Shown here one piece after another: positions 13,325-26,303 of a stretch of 64,000 nt of DNA. Under the pieces are notes generated by a model. It was not told where the DNA came from. It worked only from the letters and a program-made list of their open reading frames with translations, and ran no database searches. Numbering within the stretch: position 1 is the first letter of the stretch; each line of letters starts with the position of its first letter. Both the position numbers and the translations under genes were made by a program. This DNA comes from Malacoraja senta (lineage: Eukaryota): the NCBI GenBank assembly GCA_038087875.1, contig CM075988.1, positions 7,566,001 to 7,630,000 on the forward strand. Reading direction: 5' to 3'.

Positions 13325-13600
13325 CGTTTTAGTTTAGCAGAAACAAGCCCTTCGGCCCACCAAATCCGCACTGACCAGTGATCCTTGCACATTAACACAA
13401 GCCTACACACACACTAGGGACAATTTACACTTATACCAAGCCAATTAACCTACAAACCTGCACGTCTTTGGAGTGTGGGAGGAAACCGAAGATCTCGGAG
13501 AAAACCCATGCGGTCACGGGGAGAACGTACAAACTCAGTACAGACAGCACCCATAGTTGGGATCGAACCAGAGTCTACCTCTGCGCCACCGTGCCGTGCG
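13325..13600 (-). mobile_element. HE1-type V-SINE
   Basis: revcomp of consensus. Confidence 0.85.
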
Positions 13601-14113
13601 GCGGCATTACAACCTATCCCATCTTCAGTCTCTGCAACAAACTCACGCCCAAAACAGTTGTTGTCATGTTTTAATCTAGGTTTAGAAATTCTGCACGAAA
13701 ACAAGCCCTTCGGCCCACTGAGTCCATGGTGACCATCAATCACCCATTCACAGTTGTTCAAGAGTAAAGGTTGTTTAATTGTCATTTGTACTGAAACGGA
13801 ACAATGACATTCTTATTTGCAGCAGCACAACAAGTCTGTAAACAGTGTTCAATAGATAACATAATAAGACAAACAGAAATATAGTTCAATAAATAATTAA
13901 TAATATCAATATTAGTACAACACAAAAGCCTGAAGTCCCTAGTGCAACCAAGACAGTTGGTAGTTTGTATTTTAGTTGGCGTTTGCAGTGTTCAAGAATG
14001 TGCTGGTGGAAAGAAGCTATTCCTGAACCTGATTTTCAGACTCTTGTACCTTCTTATAGGTATATACCTTCTTACACCTCTTATACCTTCTTCCCGATAG
14101 CAGGAGTGAGATG

Positions 14114-14316
14114 TGTAGGAAGGAACTGCAGATGCTGGTTTAAACCGAAGATAGACACAGAGAGCTGGAACAACTCAGCGGGACAGGCAGCATCTCTGGA
14201 GAGAAGGAATAGGTGACGTTTTGTGTCGAGACCCTTCTTCAGTCTGAAGGAAGTCACCCATTCCTTCTCTCCAGAGATGCTGCCTGTCCCGCTGAGTTAC
14301 TCCAACCTTTTGTGTC
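14114..14316. mobile_element. Penelope-derived fold-back element with 16-bp TSD, nested in a Rex1/Babar fragment
   Basis: inverted arms; tagcaggagtgagatg at 14098-14113 and 14317-14332. Confidence 0.8.
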
Positions 14317-15349
14317 TAGCAGGAGTGAGATGACAGCTTGGCCAGGGTGGTATCGGTACTTCATCCCACTTTCCAATCCACACCCTACACACCAGAGGGA
14401 ACTTTGCACAGGCCAATTAACTTACAAACTCGCATGTCTTTGTGATGTGGGAGCAAACCCGAACAGCCGGAGGAATCCCACATGGTCACAGGAAGAACGC
14501 ACAAACTCCACACAGGCAGCACCTGAGGTCATGATCAAATCCGAGTCTGTGGAGCTGTGAGGCAGCAACACCACCAGCTGCGGCCTTCAGCTGCCTCCTA
14601 AGCCTGGCGATGATGGATTTGCATCTCCCCCTGAGAATGATAAAGGAATTTTTTAAGGCCATCACATGTACAAGTGTGACTGTTAGTCGCATATAATACC
14701 GAACTAAAGCCCTGTGCCAGATGGAAGGGTTTGAGAAGAAATTAACGTTGGTGTGGTCTAAAGTCCTAACCTTTCCATCACCCCAGTTCTATAATATGAA
14801 GAATTGAATTCTGGACACTGGTCCTACTACGATTTGGGTTTAGAGCATCAGGTGAGAATTTTAATTTTTAAATAATAAAGGAGAGAGGCTAATTAATGGC
14901 AAGGCAGACAATTGTGCGTTCCATAACTTTAAGCACTTTTTCATTGAATGTCAGAACGGCACAGCTACTGTGCTGGATGGACTAAGTCTGACGCTCATGG
15001 TTTCACTCACAGCTGTTAGCTTAAATTGTAGAAGCAGTTTACGAGGTTCTCACTTTAACAACTGCTGCAGGAGCTCCTGCAAACATTTGATATTCTCTGC
15101 GTATTGCAGTGTAGCAGCAGGTGTGAATAACATAAGAAATATGGTGCTTTTGGTTATTTGCTGCTTGAGTGGCGCCTGCAAAAGGCAGGGTGACAGTGGC
15201 ACCCACTGGGCCTTCTCCACCTTCAAACTCTCAATTGTGAAACCTCTCTCTTTTTGAGTTCCATTTTAGGCTCTAACATCTTATCAAATCCAGACTTGTG
15301 CTCTTTTAGATCCCCGTGTCTACCCTGTTCTGTCCCTGTGTCTATCCTT

Positions 15350-15655
15350 GGGCGGCAGAGTGGCTCAGCGGAAGAAATGCTGCCTTATAGCTCCACAGAC
15401 CCAGGTTCGATCCTGACTATGGTTGCTGTCTGTATGGAGTTTGTACGTTCTCCCTGTGACCGCATTGGTTTTCTCCGGGTGCTCCGGTTTCCTCCTGCAC
15501 TCCAAAGATGTACAGGTTTGTCGGTTAATTGGTTTTGTGAAATTGTAAAAAAATTGTCCCCAGTGTGTAGGATAGTGTTGGTGAATGGGGTGATCACTGG
15601 TTGGAGTGGACTTTGTGAGCCAAAGGGCCTGTTTCAGCGCTGTATCTCCAAAGTC
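15350..15655 (+). mobile_element. HE1-type V-SINE
   Basis: head, V-domain, tail. Confidence 0.88.
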
Positions 15656-16399
15656 ACTTTCCTATTGTGACTTTCAGTTTTATTGCTGCCATACTAGACT
15701 GATCCTGATTGATAGTCAAATTGGAAATATTAAATTTGAGAGGCAAAACAGTACATTCACAATGGGTAGACACAAAATGCTGGAGTAACTCAGCGGGACA
15801 GGCAGCATCTCTGGAGAGAAGGAATGGGTGACGTTTCGGGGCCAGACCCTTCTTCAGACTATCTTCGATTTAAACCAACATCTGCAGTTCTTTCCTGCAC
15901 ATTCCCTCTATACTTTACTCATTCAACTATCAGCCCAGATGCCTCTTCAATGTAAATATTTACTCTTCCTGTCTCCTTGATCTTCTCTAGCAGATCAAAC
16001 CCGATGCCAACTATCTTTGCGTGGAAAAATTTACCCCACTAATCCCCTTTAAATCACCTTCCTCTAGCCTGAGAGCTGTGCCCTCTAGTTTTAGACACCC
16101 ATGCCATGGGATACAGACCATGCCTGACTACCCGTCTATGCCTCACAAAATGTATCTATCTTTGTCATGTCACCTCCTTTGTTCAGGGAAAGTGGACTTT
16201 AGACTTTTAGACTTTAGAGATACAGCAGCGAAACAGGGCCTTTGTCTCACCGAGCAGAACCCCTGGAGAAAACCCACATATGGGGAGAACGTACAAACTC
16301 CATATAGATAGCCCCTGCAATCCGGATCGAACTGGGGTCAGTGGTGCTGCAAGGCAGCAACTCTACTGCTGCACCATTGTGCCGCCCAAGTCGACCCAG

Positions 16400-17230
16400 A
16401 ATATACAATAATTTCTTGTAACTCAAGATCTTCAATCCAGGCAACAAACTTGTGAATCTTTTCTGCACCCTCTCTAGCTTTTCTCTCGTCTTTCCTGTAG
16501 TGAGATGACCAGAATGGCAATCAATACTTTGAGTGGAGTCAAAATGTTTAGTATGAATGTAATATGACATCCCAACTATCAATGCTCCGACTGATGATGG
16601 CAAATATGCTGTATGCTGCCTTCACTCCCTGTCTACTTGTGTTGTCACTTCCACTATGTACCTGTATCCCAAGGTCTTTCTCATCAACATCATGCCCCAC
16701 TGTGCATGTCCTGCCCTGATTTAACATACAAACATGCATTACTTGCACTAGTCGGAGATAAATTATATCAGTCATTCCCTTACTAGTTCATCCATATCCT
16801 CTTGGAATCTAAGATAACCTATTTTCCTGTCCACTATACCACCAATCGTGTTGTCATCTGCAAAGTTACCGACATTTTCGTCAAAATCAATAACAGATAA
16901 GACAAACATCAGTGGACCCTGTGCTGATCCCTGCAGCACTCCAAACAGAGTAACAGCCTCCGCTACCACTCACTGCCTCCTTCCAACAAGCTAAGTTTGT
17001 ATCCAAATGGCTCGCTCACCCTGGATTCTGTGTTCAAACCTTTGGACGCCCACCATGGGGACCTTGTCAGAGGTTCCATGTGGACAATATTTATCACCCT
17101 GCCCTCATAAATTTTCTTGGTCACCTCTATATAAACAGAACTCAATCACATTTAAGAGACGTGTTTGCTCATTCACAAAGCCAGGCTGACTATCCCCAAT
17201 CAAATTGTAAATAAATCCTGTCCCTCGGTA
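16400..17230 (-). pseudogene. CR1-like LINE ORF2 reverse transcriptase fragment, frameshifted
   Basis: GVLQGSAQGPLMF...FADDNTIGGIVD; EKDLGIQVH; KLERVQKRFTSLLPGL. Confidence 0.85.
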
Positions 17231-17536
17231 CCTTCCATTCTACTTATTGAACTACCTTCCAGTAACTTCCCCACTGCATCAGCTAAGGTTCCCTAATCTT
17301 GCTGGCTTTGCCCTTTACTCTTACAAGAACATGCTGGTCCTGAACTCTTCCGATCTCACTTTTGAAAGCCTCCCGCTTACCAGTTCCCTATATCTGCAAA
17401 CAGCTTCTCCCAATCATCGTGAGGGGTCGGGCAGTCTCATTTTTTCTCATTAGCTGAACAATGGCTTCACTGGCACTCTGAGTAATGTTCTCACCATCAC
17501 AGGGAGTGGTAAACAGGAGAGGAAGAACTCTTTTAA

Positions 17537-17952
17537 GGCGGCACAGTGGCGCAGCAGTAGAGTTGCTGTGTTACAGCGCCAGAGACCCGATTTCTATCAT
17601 AACAAGGTGTGCTGTCTGTATGGAGTCTGTACGTTTTCCCCATGACTGCGTGGGTTTTCTCCAGGTGCTCCGGTTTCCTCCAAGAATCCAAAGATGTGCA
17701 GGTTTGTAGCTGGTGTAGGAAGGATGTTGGTTCACACCGAAGGTAGACATTCAGCTGGCAGCATCTCTGGAGAAAAGAAATGGGTGATGTTTCAGGTTGA
17801 GACCCTTCTTCAGGTTTGTAAGTGCGAAAGTGTCCATTAAAAAAATTGTCCCACGTGTGTAGGATAGTGGTAGTGTACAGGGCGATCGCTGGTAAGTGCG
17901 GACGTGCTGGGCTGAAGGGCCTGTTTCTGCGGTGTATCTCTAAAGTCTAAAC
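17537..17952 (+). mobile_element. HE1-type V-SINE with nested Penelope-derived fragment (~17709-17810)
   Basis: caggtttgta duplicated on both sides of the insert. Confidence 0.8.
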
Positions 17953-18692
17953 TCTTGTCACCATCACAGAGTGCTACAAAATGTGCAGGAATGAAATGCC
18001 ACTTCAAGCATTAAACAGTTAATCTGCAAGGCAAAACAACATGGGGATGGGGAAATTGGAGGTGGGTGGGGAGAGGAGCTTTTTTAACACCTTCAAGTAT
18101 CTTGCTGTCTTAATTTATACCAATGTCAGGGACAGAGGGTGGCGGTTTGACTGGAAGTGGGAGTTGGCAGGAGTCGAGGCTGGGGTTGTCTCTGCATCTG
18201 TTAGTGTTCTGTTTACATTTGATTTAACTAGGTGGGATGTTTATAGCCAGTTTGAAGTTATTTGCTGCTCGATTATTCAGATCTCAGTGCCGCAGTTAGA
18301 TTTAATGAAAGCTGTATTCAGCCCACACACAGCACTCTTCAACCCAGCCTCATTGTACAGGATTCTTGCTGCAAGATTAACACTGACTGACAAGCTATCT
18401 TTTCAATAGCTCAAATTTAATTTTGGCTTCAGCGCTCAATTATAATTCTTGGTTGATGCTCTCAGATCGAGATTACTAATTTACAATAAGGGAGGCTGTG
18501 GCGAAAAGTCTAGAAATGTGCGTGGCCTGTTGCCAGTGTGGTGTCCACGGGTTTGTGTGGGAAGGAACTACAGATGCTGGTTAATACACAATAGGATACA
18601 AAGTGCTGAAATAACTCAGCAGGTCAGGTAGCACCTCTGCAGAACACGGACAGATGACGTTTCAGGTCGAGGGACTTCCTTGTTTCTTCCTT

Positions 18693-19017
18693 GGGCAGTC
18701 ACGGTGGCGCAGCGGTAGAGTTACTGCCTTACAGCGAATGCAGCACCAGAGACCAGGGTTCGATCCTGACTATGGGTGCTGTCTGTACAGAGTTTGTACA
18801 TTCTCCCCGTGATCTGCATTGGTTTTCTCCGCGATCTTTAGTTTCCTCCCACACTCCAAAGACCTACAGGTTTGGAGGGTTAATTGGCTCGGTAAATGTT
18901 AAAATTGTCCCTAGTGGGTGTAGGATAGTGTTAATGTGCGGGGATCGCTGGTCGGCGCGGACCCGGTGGGCCGAAGGGCCTGTTTCCGCGCTGTATCTCT
19001 AAACTCTTAACTAAACT
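18693..19017 (+). mobile_element. HE1-type V-SINE, full length
   Basis: head, V-domain, tail. Confidence 0.9.
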
Positions 19018-20775
19018 ATTCCTTATTTATACATGTGCTAGTCCCACTGCAGACACAAAGTACCTTTGATATTGCAATGTGTAAGAAGGAACTGCAGATG
19101 CTGGTTTAAACCGAAGAAAGACACAAAAAGCTGGAGTAACTCAGCGGGACAGGCAGCATCTCTGGAGAGAAGGAATGGGTGATGTTTCGGGTCGAGACCC
19201 TTCTTCAGACATGACCTGTTGAGTAGTTTGCCTCATCACAGACTTGTGCCGCACTGAATTTCTCACCAGTAGGGTCTTGAATAAAATGTTGGCTCACTGA
19301 GAATGAATCCCTCAATACTGTACAGGCCACTGATTAATTGCCACAAAGTTGTACGCACAATGTGCAGAGGGCGCCAGGCAATGATGCGTTGATGTTGGGG
19401 ATGAAGGGGTGGTCTGTAATGGCTGTCACAGGGTGTCTTGGCACATCTGCAGTTGAGCTTCACTGTCTAGACTGGCTCTGGCTGTTTCGATGTGTGAAAA
19501 ATTGCCTTTTTCATGGGGGAGGTGGAGGAAAACAAGTGGGTGGAGCGGTGTTCCATGTGGGAGTCAGAACATTCACCAGATGGAACCGGAGAAAAGGGAA
19601 ATGAGTAATAAATTATTTTATTCAGAGAAAAAAAGTATTTTGAGAACAAGCCATTCTTCAGTCTAGTAAATGTTTAATTTGATTGATACAGATGTACCGA
19701 TAGAGGTTTATTAAAGGGCTTCTGTATGATCGTGGCAGTCTTCCAGTTGAGCTGTTGAAGAAACCCTGCCCCTTTTTACTTCACTCTGAAACAGTGTTTT
19801 CCATTTAAAATAATGGAATAAGGGACTAATCAGATTAATAACCTTGAAGTAAATCTCCTTGGAGTCTACCCAGGGAAAGGTTTGACCCAATCCCTGCGCT
19901 GTGAAAGGACACCGCTCCAAAATAGGCCAGGGTGGAAAATGTACAATGAACTCAACCCCAAACTGAATCAAAAACAGCAAGGGCCCCGACCTGAAACGTC
20001 ACCTATCCTTTTCCCCAGTGATGCTGCTGGACCCGCTGAGTTACTCTAGCACTTTGTGTCTTACCTGTTGCAAAATTAACACTTGCTGGACACCAGAGAT
20101 AGATAGATTCTTGATTAGTACAGGTATCAGAGGTTATGGGGAGAAGGCAGGAGAATGGGGTTAGGAGGGAGAGATCGATCAGCCATGATTGAATGGCGGA
20201 GTGGACTTGTTGGACCGAATGGCCTAATTCTACTATTCCTTATGACCTTATGACCTACACAGCCATCTGTTAAAGGCAATGAAAGAATTAGCATTTTAAG
20301 TGTCTGTAATAGAAGGATGTTTGAGGTTGGGACTCTGTGTCTGAAGAAGGGGCCGGACCCAAAACACTATCTATTTCTCTCCATAGCTGCAGCTTAATCA
20401 CTGAGTTCCTTCAAAAGTTTGTTTTTTGTTCAGGATTCCAGAATCTGCATGTCTCAATCTCCATTTTAGGTGTCACCCATCTTCATAAGTTCTATACGAG
20501 GGCTTGCTTAAGAAATACTGTTGTTTCCTTGTACTATTGTCATTGGTATTAGTTTCAATTTTTTATTCCCTTGTGCACCACTACTCACTCAATCGCATTG
20601 GAGACCACTGGAGACCCTCAAACTATCTTTCATCAGACTTTACTGGACTTTATCTTATTCCCTATATCACGTATTTGTACACTAGGGATGGCTCGATTGT
20701 AATCATGTATGAAAATAATATATTCGAAGACACAAGGTATATGCTAGAATGTGCTTAATATGAAAATCAGCTCAC

Positions 20776-21291
20776 CCAACTATAAACATGTGGATTTCAA
20801 ATATGTTTGAAACATTACACCTAGAAGAGATAAGACTCCTCCTGGCAGGTAAACCAGATCACTTCCACCTGACGTGGTCTGCATTTATAGAATTATTACA
20901 AATATAGGGTGCAAAGGTACCTTAAAAAAATTGAGGTCAGGTAATGGGGGATGATAGTTGGAGAGGTGGTATGTCCCATTTGCGTAATGCTCATAAAAAC
21001 TATTTGTTTCTCTCTTTTTCCTCTTTCTCTTTCTCCTTCTTTTCTAGGGTCTATTTCTTAACTCTTTTTCTTTTGTTTTTAATTTTGTTCTTACAGGGTC
21101 TTCGTCCTTTTTTGTTGTCACATTTTCTACACTCTTACTTTTTCCTTCACTTTCTTCTTTCTTTCAATCTTATCCTTTCCTTTTACTAGTGTAAAAAACA
21201 AATGGAGTACATTCATTGTAAGAAGACATAAGTGACGAGTACTAATGTATGTGGTTGTAATGTAATGTACTTCTAATAAATAAATTTTAAA
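20776..21291 (+). mobile_element. 5'-truncated L1-clade LINE (ORF2 C-terminus and 3' UTR) with 14-bp TSD
   Basis: reads WISNMFETLHLEEIRLLLAGKPDHFHLTWSAFIELL; T-rich UTR and aataaa; gaaaatcagctcac at 20762-20775 and 21292-21305. Confidence 0.75.
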
Positions 21292-21327
21292 GAAAATCAG
21301 CTCACATACCGAAGAATGTTGCATAGG

Positions 21328-21600
21328 TTAGTTTAGTTTAGAGATGCAGTGTGGAAACAGGCCTTTTGGCCCACCAGATCTGCGCCAACCAACGATCTGT
21401 TAGTCCAGCTTTGCATCATACACAAAAGCAATTTACAGAGGCCAATTAACTTACAATCCTACACATCTTTGGGAGGAAATCTGAGCACCCAGAGAAAACC
21501 CACACGGTCACAGGAAGAACGCGCAAACGCCACACAGACAGCACCCGAGGTCAGGATCAAACCCGGTCCTCTGGCGATGTAAGGCAGCAACTCTACGACT
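21328..21600 (-). mobile_element. HE1-type V-SINE
   Basis: revcomp of consensus. Confidence 0.85.
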
Positions 21601-21629
21601 GTGTAGGAAGGAACTGTAGATGCTGGTTT

Positions 21630-22195
21630 AAAGTAAAGTAAGTAAAGTAAATTTATTTATATAGCACTTTTCAATCAATTTGAATCACTGAAGCCAAAGT
21701 GCTTTACAGAGAAAATTATCCATATAATTTTTTTTTTTAAATAGAGGTAGAAAAAATAAAAAGACACGACACACTATTAGAGATTCAACACGAACATCCC
21801 CCCCACAGCAGAGTTGACACTCTCCACTGTGAGGGAAAGGCACCAAAATGTCCAGCCCTCCTCCTCGTCCACCCGAGGTCGGGGCCAATTTGAGGGCTCC
21901 GCAGCCAGTCGCCGCAACGGCAGCCCGATGTTGTAGGCCCACCCGCCGGGAAGCTGGAACACCGGCATCGGGTGGAAAGTCCTCAGCGGCTTGGAAGTGT
22001 CTGGAGCGGCCGCTCCCTCCCCGGAGACGGCGACGCCCGTAGTCTTCAGGCCGCGCCGGTTGGAGCTTCGACTCTGACTCCGCGGTGTTTTCGTTCCAGC
22101 GCCGCCCGCCCGCGGCGGGATGCCCTCAGACCGCAGACCACAGACCGCAGACTGCGGCTGCTCGATGTTGGTGGTCGGCGGTCACAGCACTCCGG
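21630..22195 (-). mobile_element. GC-rich non-autonomous retroposon with L2-like 3' tail
   Basis: tttatttatatagcactttt...caaagtgctttaca (revcomp L2-type tail) and CpG-rich body; splits a Penelope-derived repeat. Confidence 0.55.
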
Positions 22196-22246
22196 AGTGG
22201 CGAAGATAGATACAAAACCGAAGATAGATACAAAAAGCTGGAGTAA

Positions 22247-22561
22247 TGGGGCTGTCCCACTGTACGAGCTAATTCAAGAGTTCTCCTGAGTTTCCCCTGA
22301 TTCGAACTCGGAGAATTACGGTAATAGCCGCTTGTAGGTACTCGGGGCTCTCGTGGACATTTTTCAACATGTTGAAAAATCTTCACGAGTCTTCACAAGC
22401 TTACCGCGTTTCCCAAGTACCTGCCGTTAGCGTTACGAGCCGCTAAGAGAGGTCCCGAGCTCTGACGTACCCGCTACGTACATTCTACGTGCTTACCACG
22501 AGTTTGATTTTTTTTTTCTCGGGAGAGCTCTTGAATTAGCTCATACAGTGGGACAGCCGCT
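22247..22561. mobile_element. PIF/Harbinger-type MITE
   Basis: TIRs ggctgtcccactgtacgagctaattcaagag / ctcttgaattagctcatacagtgggacagcc; TAA TSD at 22244-22246 and 22562-22564. Confidence 0.85.
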
Positions 22562-23219
22562 TAATTCAGCGGGACAGGCAGCATCTCTGGAGAGAAGGAA
22601 TGGGTGATGTTTCGGGTCGAGACCCAAGGGTCTCGACCCGAAACATCACCCATTCCTTTTCTCCAGAAACTCTATCACTGGGTATGTACAGTGCTTATGT
22701 TGTATTTGCAATCTGCTGCTGAATTTAGAAACATATCAGCTATCATTCAGAGTATTCAACTGATCTAAAAATACTGCTGCACTTCGTTGAAGAGAAAGGT
22801 TCTCATTTATCCCCTAATCAATGGTGCAGATGTTATCAGCTCACTCTTGCATTGTTGCTAGTGTGTAGTTGCTGTGTGTGAATTGACTGGCTTGTTTTTT
22901 TCTATTATGGTCAAACACACGGGTTTCTCACAGTTATGCGATACAAGTTCTTTCTTTGGTCAATTGATTTGAAAGGAGCCAAAATACAAAATTTCACAAA
23001 TTCAAACAAGTGTCATAAGAGTTTTTATTGTTATGTCCCCCGAAACAGAACAATCTTACGTGCACCATAACAGGTTTGTAAACAGACTGAAGAAGGGTCT
23101 CGACCTGAAACGTCAGCCATTCCTTCTCTCCTGAGATGTTGCCTGTCCCGCTGAATTACTCCAGCATTTTGTGTCTATCTTTGATTTAAACCAGCATCTG
23201 CAGTTCTTTCTAACACACA

Positions 23220-23700
23220 GTGTTTGATAGCCTGATGGTTGTTGAGAAGATGCTGTTCTTGAACCTGGACATAACAGGCAGGCTCCTATATCCTCTTTCC
23301 GATGGAAGGAGTGAAATGAGCGCATGGCCAGGGTGATGTGGGTTCTTGATGATGTTGGCTGCCTTTTTGAGGCAGGGCCTTCGATGGTGGGGAGGTCAGT
23401 ACCCATGGTGGACAGGGTAATGTTCACCGCTTTTTGTTATCTCCTTTGTCCCTGAGAGTTCGAGTTGCCGAACCAGACTGTGATGCAACCCGTCAATGTG
23501 CTCCCACCCGTACATCTGTTGAAGTTCAGGAGTATTCGTTGTTATACCGAATCTCCTCAATCTTCAAAGGAAGCAGAGGTGTTTACGATTGCATCAATGT
23601 GCTGCGTCCAGGGCAGATCTTCAGAGATATGCATGCCCAGGAACTTGTTGAACCTCTCCACCTCTGACCCGTCAATGAAGAGAGGTTTGTGGATCCTCAA
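23220..23700 (-). mobile_element. Rex1/Babar LINE ORF C-terminal fragment
   Basis: GTDLPTIEG...; gctgttcttgaacctgg and gggtgatgtgggttcttgatgatgttggctgcc motifs. Confidence 0.75.
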
Positions 23701-24295
23701 CAGACAGAATAGTCGAGCATGGCCTGCTCTTGAGAAGTCAGGGCTGGTTCACCACTTTCCACACTTTTGGATGGAAACTCCCGGGAATGTATTATTCTTT
23801 CAGCTGATAGTTACTTTCTGCTTACACAAAAATGCTGGAGAAACTCAGCGGGTGCAGCAGCATCTATGGAGCAAAGGAAATAGGTAACGTGTCGGGCCGA
23901 AACCCTTCTTCAGACAGGGTTTGTTACATTTGTTACTTTCTGCTTGTTTTGTTGCATTAATTATGGTGATTTCCACTTTCCTGTTTCGGTATTCACATTC
24001 TTCTATCTTCTCTTATAAGAAAATAAAACATTCAACGCCCATTATTAAATCTCCCATTTAAATTATGACCATTATTATTTTCAAGGGGTCCACAGTACTT
24101 GTGACTATCTTTCCCTTAATTACAACAAAACATTTATTTCTATTCATACTCACTTTCAGTGGCACTTACCATCTATTTAATCATCTTTTGCTGTTCTTTG
24201 TTTTTCTACCACACACCAGGTTTTATGATAGTTTTTGCCTTTGGTTCTTAATCTGTTATCTATTTCTAAGTTCTCCCCATTTTGCTTATTTCTGT

Positions 24296-24590
24296 AGTTT
24301 AGTTTAGTTTAGAGATACAGCACGGAACCTGGCCCTTCAGCCCACCGAGTCGACACACGAACACCATCCTACATATCCTACATACACTAGGGACAATTTA
24401 TAATTTTACCAATTATGCCTACAAACCTGTACGTCTTTGGAGTGTGGTAGGAAACCGGAGCTCCTGGAGAAAACCCATGCGGTCACGGGGAGAACGTACA
24501 ATCTGTATACAGACAGTACCCAAAGTCAGGATCGAACCCGGGTCTGGCGCTGTAAGGCAGCAACTCTACCACTGCGCCACTGTGCTGCCC
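24296..24590 (-). mobile_element. HE1-type V-SINE
   Basis: revcomp of consensus. Confidence 0.9.
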
Positions 24591-24979
24591 TTTCTTCTTG
24601 AATCTTTTGTTGTAAAAATAATAATAATATTAATACACTTTATTGTCATTGTAAACACATACAACAACATTTCAGGCCCGCTGCCCGAGCGGAGCTCCAA
24701 CGTATCAGATAAATAATAACGACAATGGAAATAACAAAAACGGCAAGAAAAACGTCAAGTTAGAATGTGCAATATTTCACAATATTTTGTCAATAATTAA
24801 ATGCCATCTCCTCTTCCTTCACTGTTTGCTCAATCTTTTCTCTCTTCATTATAATCTGGTTAATTTAGTTTCCAGACCTGATAATATTACATTTATATTT
24901 CAATAAAGTCTAATAGATTGAAAGTACCACTGCATTTCATTCAATTGGATTACTGATTGATTGATTGGTTGGTTGATTG

Positions 24980-25270
24980 CTTGAAAGATACACTGTGTGA
25001 AAAGATAGATTTTCACCCATCGGGCCCCACGCCGAACATCGATCACCCATTCGTACTAATCCTATGTCATCCCATTTTCGCATCCACTCCCGGCACATTA
25101 GGGGAAATTTACACAGGCCAATCAACAAACCTGTGCGTCCTTTGGGTGGGAGGAAACCAGATCACCTGGAGGTGATCACGTGGTCACAGGGAGAACGTGC
25201 AAACTCCACACAGCCAGCACCCAAGGTCAGGAGTGAACCCGAGTCTCTGGCGCTATGAGGCAGCAGCTCT
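24980..25270 (-). mobile_element. HE1-type V-SINE
   Basis: revcomp of consensus. Confidence 0.8.
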
Positions 25271-25519
25271 TGTACCCTATGGTTTGTATTCCCATAGGGA
25301 ATATGCTGCTATAATATATATGAATATAGGGAATTACCTATAGGGAATATAGAGAACATATAGTATATGCTTCTCTGATGTACAACACTAAATTATTTTT
25401 AATTATTTTGAGGTGGGATCTGGGCATTATTTCCTGTGCCTAATTGCCCTTGGGAAGGTGGCATTGGGTTACCATGTTGAACCACTGCACTCCCCCTGTA
25501 CGGTTGTTAACACAACAGA

Positions 25520-25805
25520 GTCATGCAGTGGTTAAGTTACTAGTCTAGCAGCCTGTAACATGAATTTGAATCCCACCATGACAGCTGTGGAATTTAAATT
25601 TGGATAACTAAAAAAATCTTTTAAAAATCTGTTATTAAAGCCAGTCTCAGTAATGTTACGCATAAAGCTCTTGCATTTTTTATTTTTAAAAAACTGATGT
25701 GGTGCAGACTATTGTCTTTTGGGAAATGATCTCTGTCAACCTTAGCTGATTTGGACAATATCTGACTCTAGTCTCATGAATGTGTTTGATTCTTGAATGT
25801 TTCTT
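25520..25805 (+). mobile_element. Old tRNA-derived elasmobranch SINE (non-HE1), diverged
   Basis: gcagtggttaag...tttgaatcccaccatgacagctgtggaatttaaatt...agtctcagtaatg; A/B-box-like head. Confidence 0.5.
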
Positions 25806-26045
25806 GGCTTTCATTCATATGCTACTGGAATGAATGTTGGTTAGCTATGGCCATTGTGGGAGCAAGACTGTACCTATTTTGTCCTTGCCTGTCACCTTCA
25901 TATATTGGGTAGGAAGGAACTGCAGATGCAGGTTTAAACCGAAGATAGACACAAAATGCTGGAGTAACTCAGCTGGACAGGCAGCCTCTCTGGAGAGAAG
26001 GAATGGGTGACGTTTTGGGTTGAGACCCTTCTTCAGACTGAATAA

Positions 26046-26303
26046 AGGGCCTGTCCCACTTTCACGACTTAATTCTTTCATCCCGACCATTTTTTTACTC
26101 GTGGACATTTTTTATCGGGCTGAAAAAAATTAGCCCCGACTTACCTGATGCCACGAGTACCTACGGCTAGCATAACGAGCTGCTACGATATATCTACGAA
26201 CTCGTAATACCTCCTACGGACTCGTTACGAACATTCTGCGAGTTTGAATCAGGGGAAAACTCGGGAGAATTCTGAATTACCTTGTGAAAGTGGGACAGGC
26301 CCT
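26046..26303. mobile_element. PIF/Harbinger-type MITE
   Basis: TIRs agggcctgtcccactttcac / gtgaaagtgggacaggccct; TAA TSD at 26043-26045 and 26304-26306. Confidence 0.88.
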
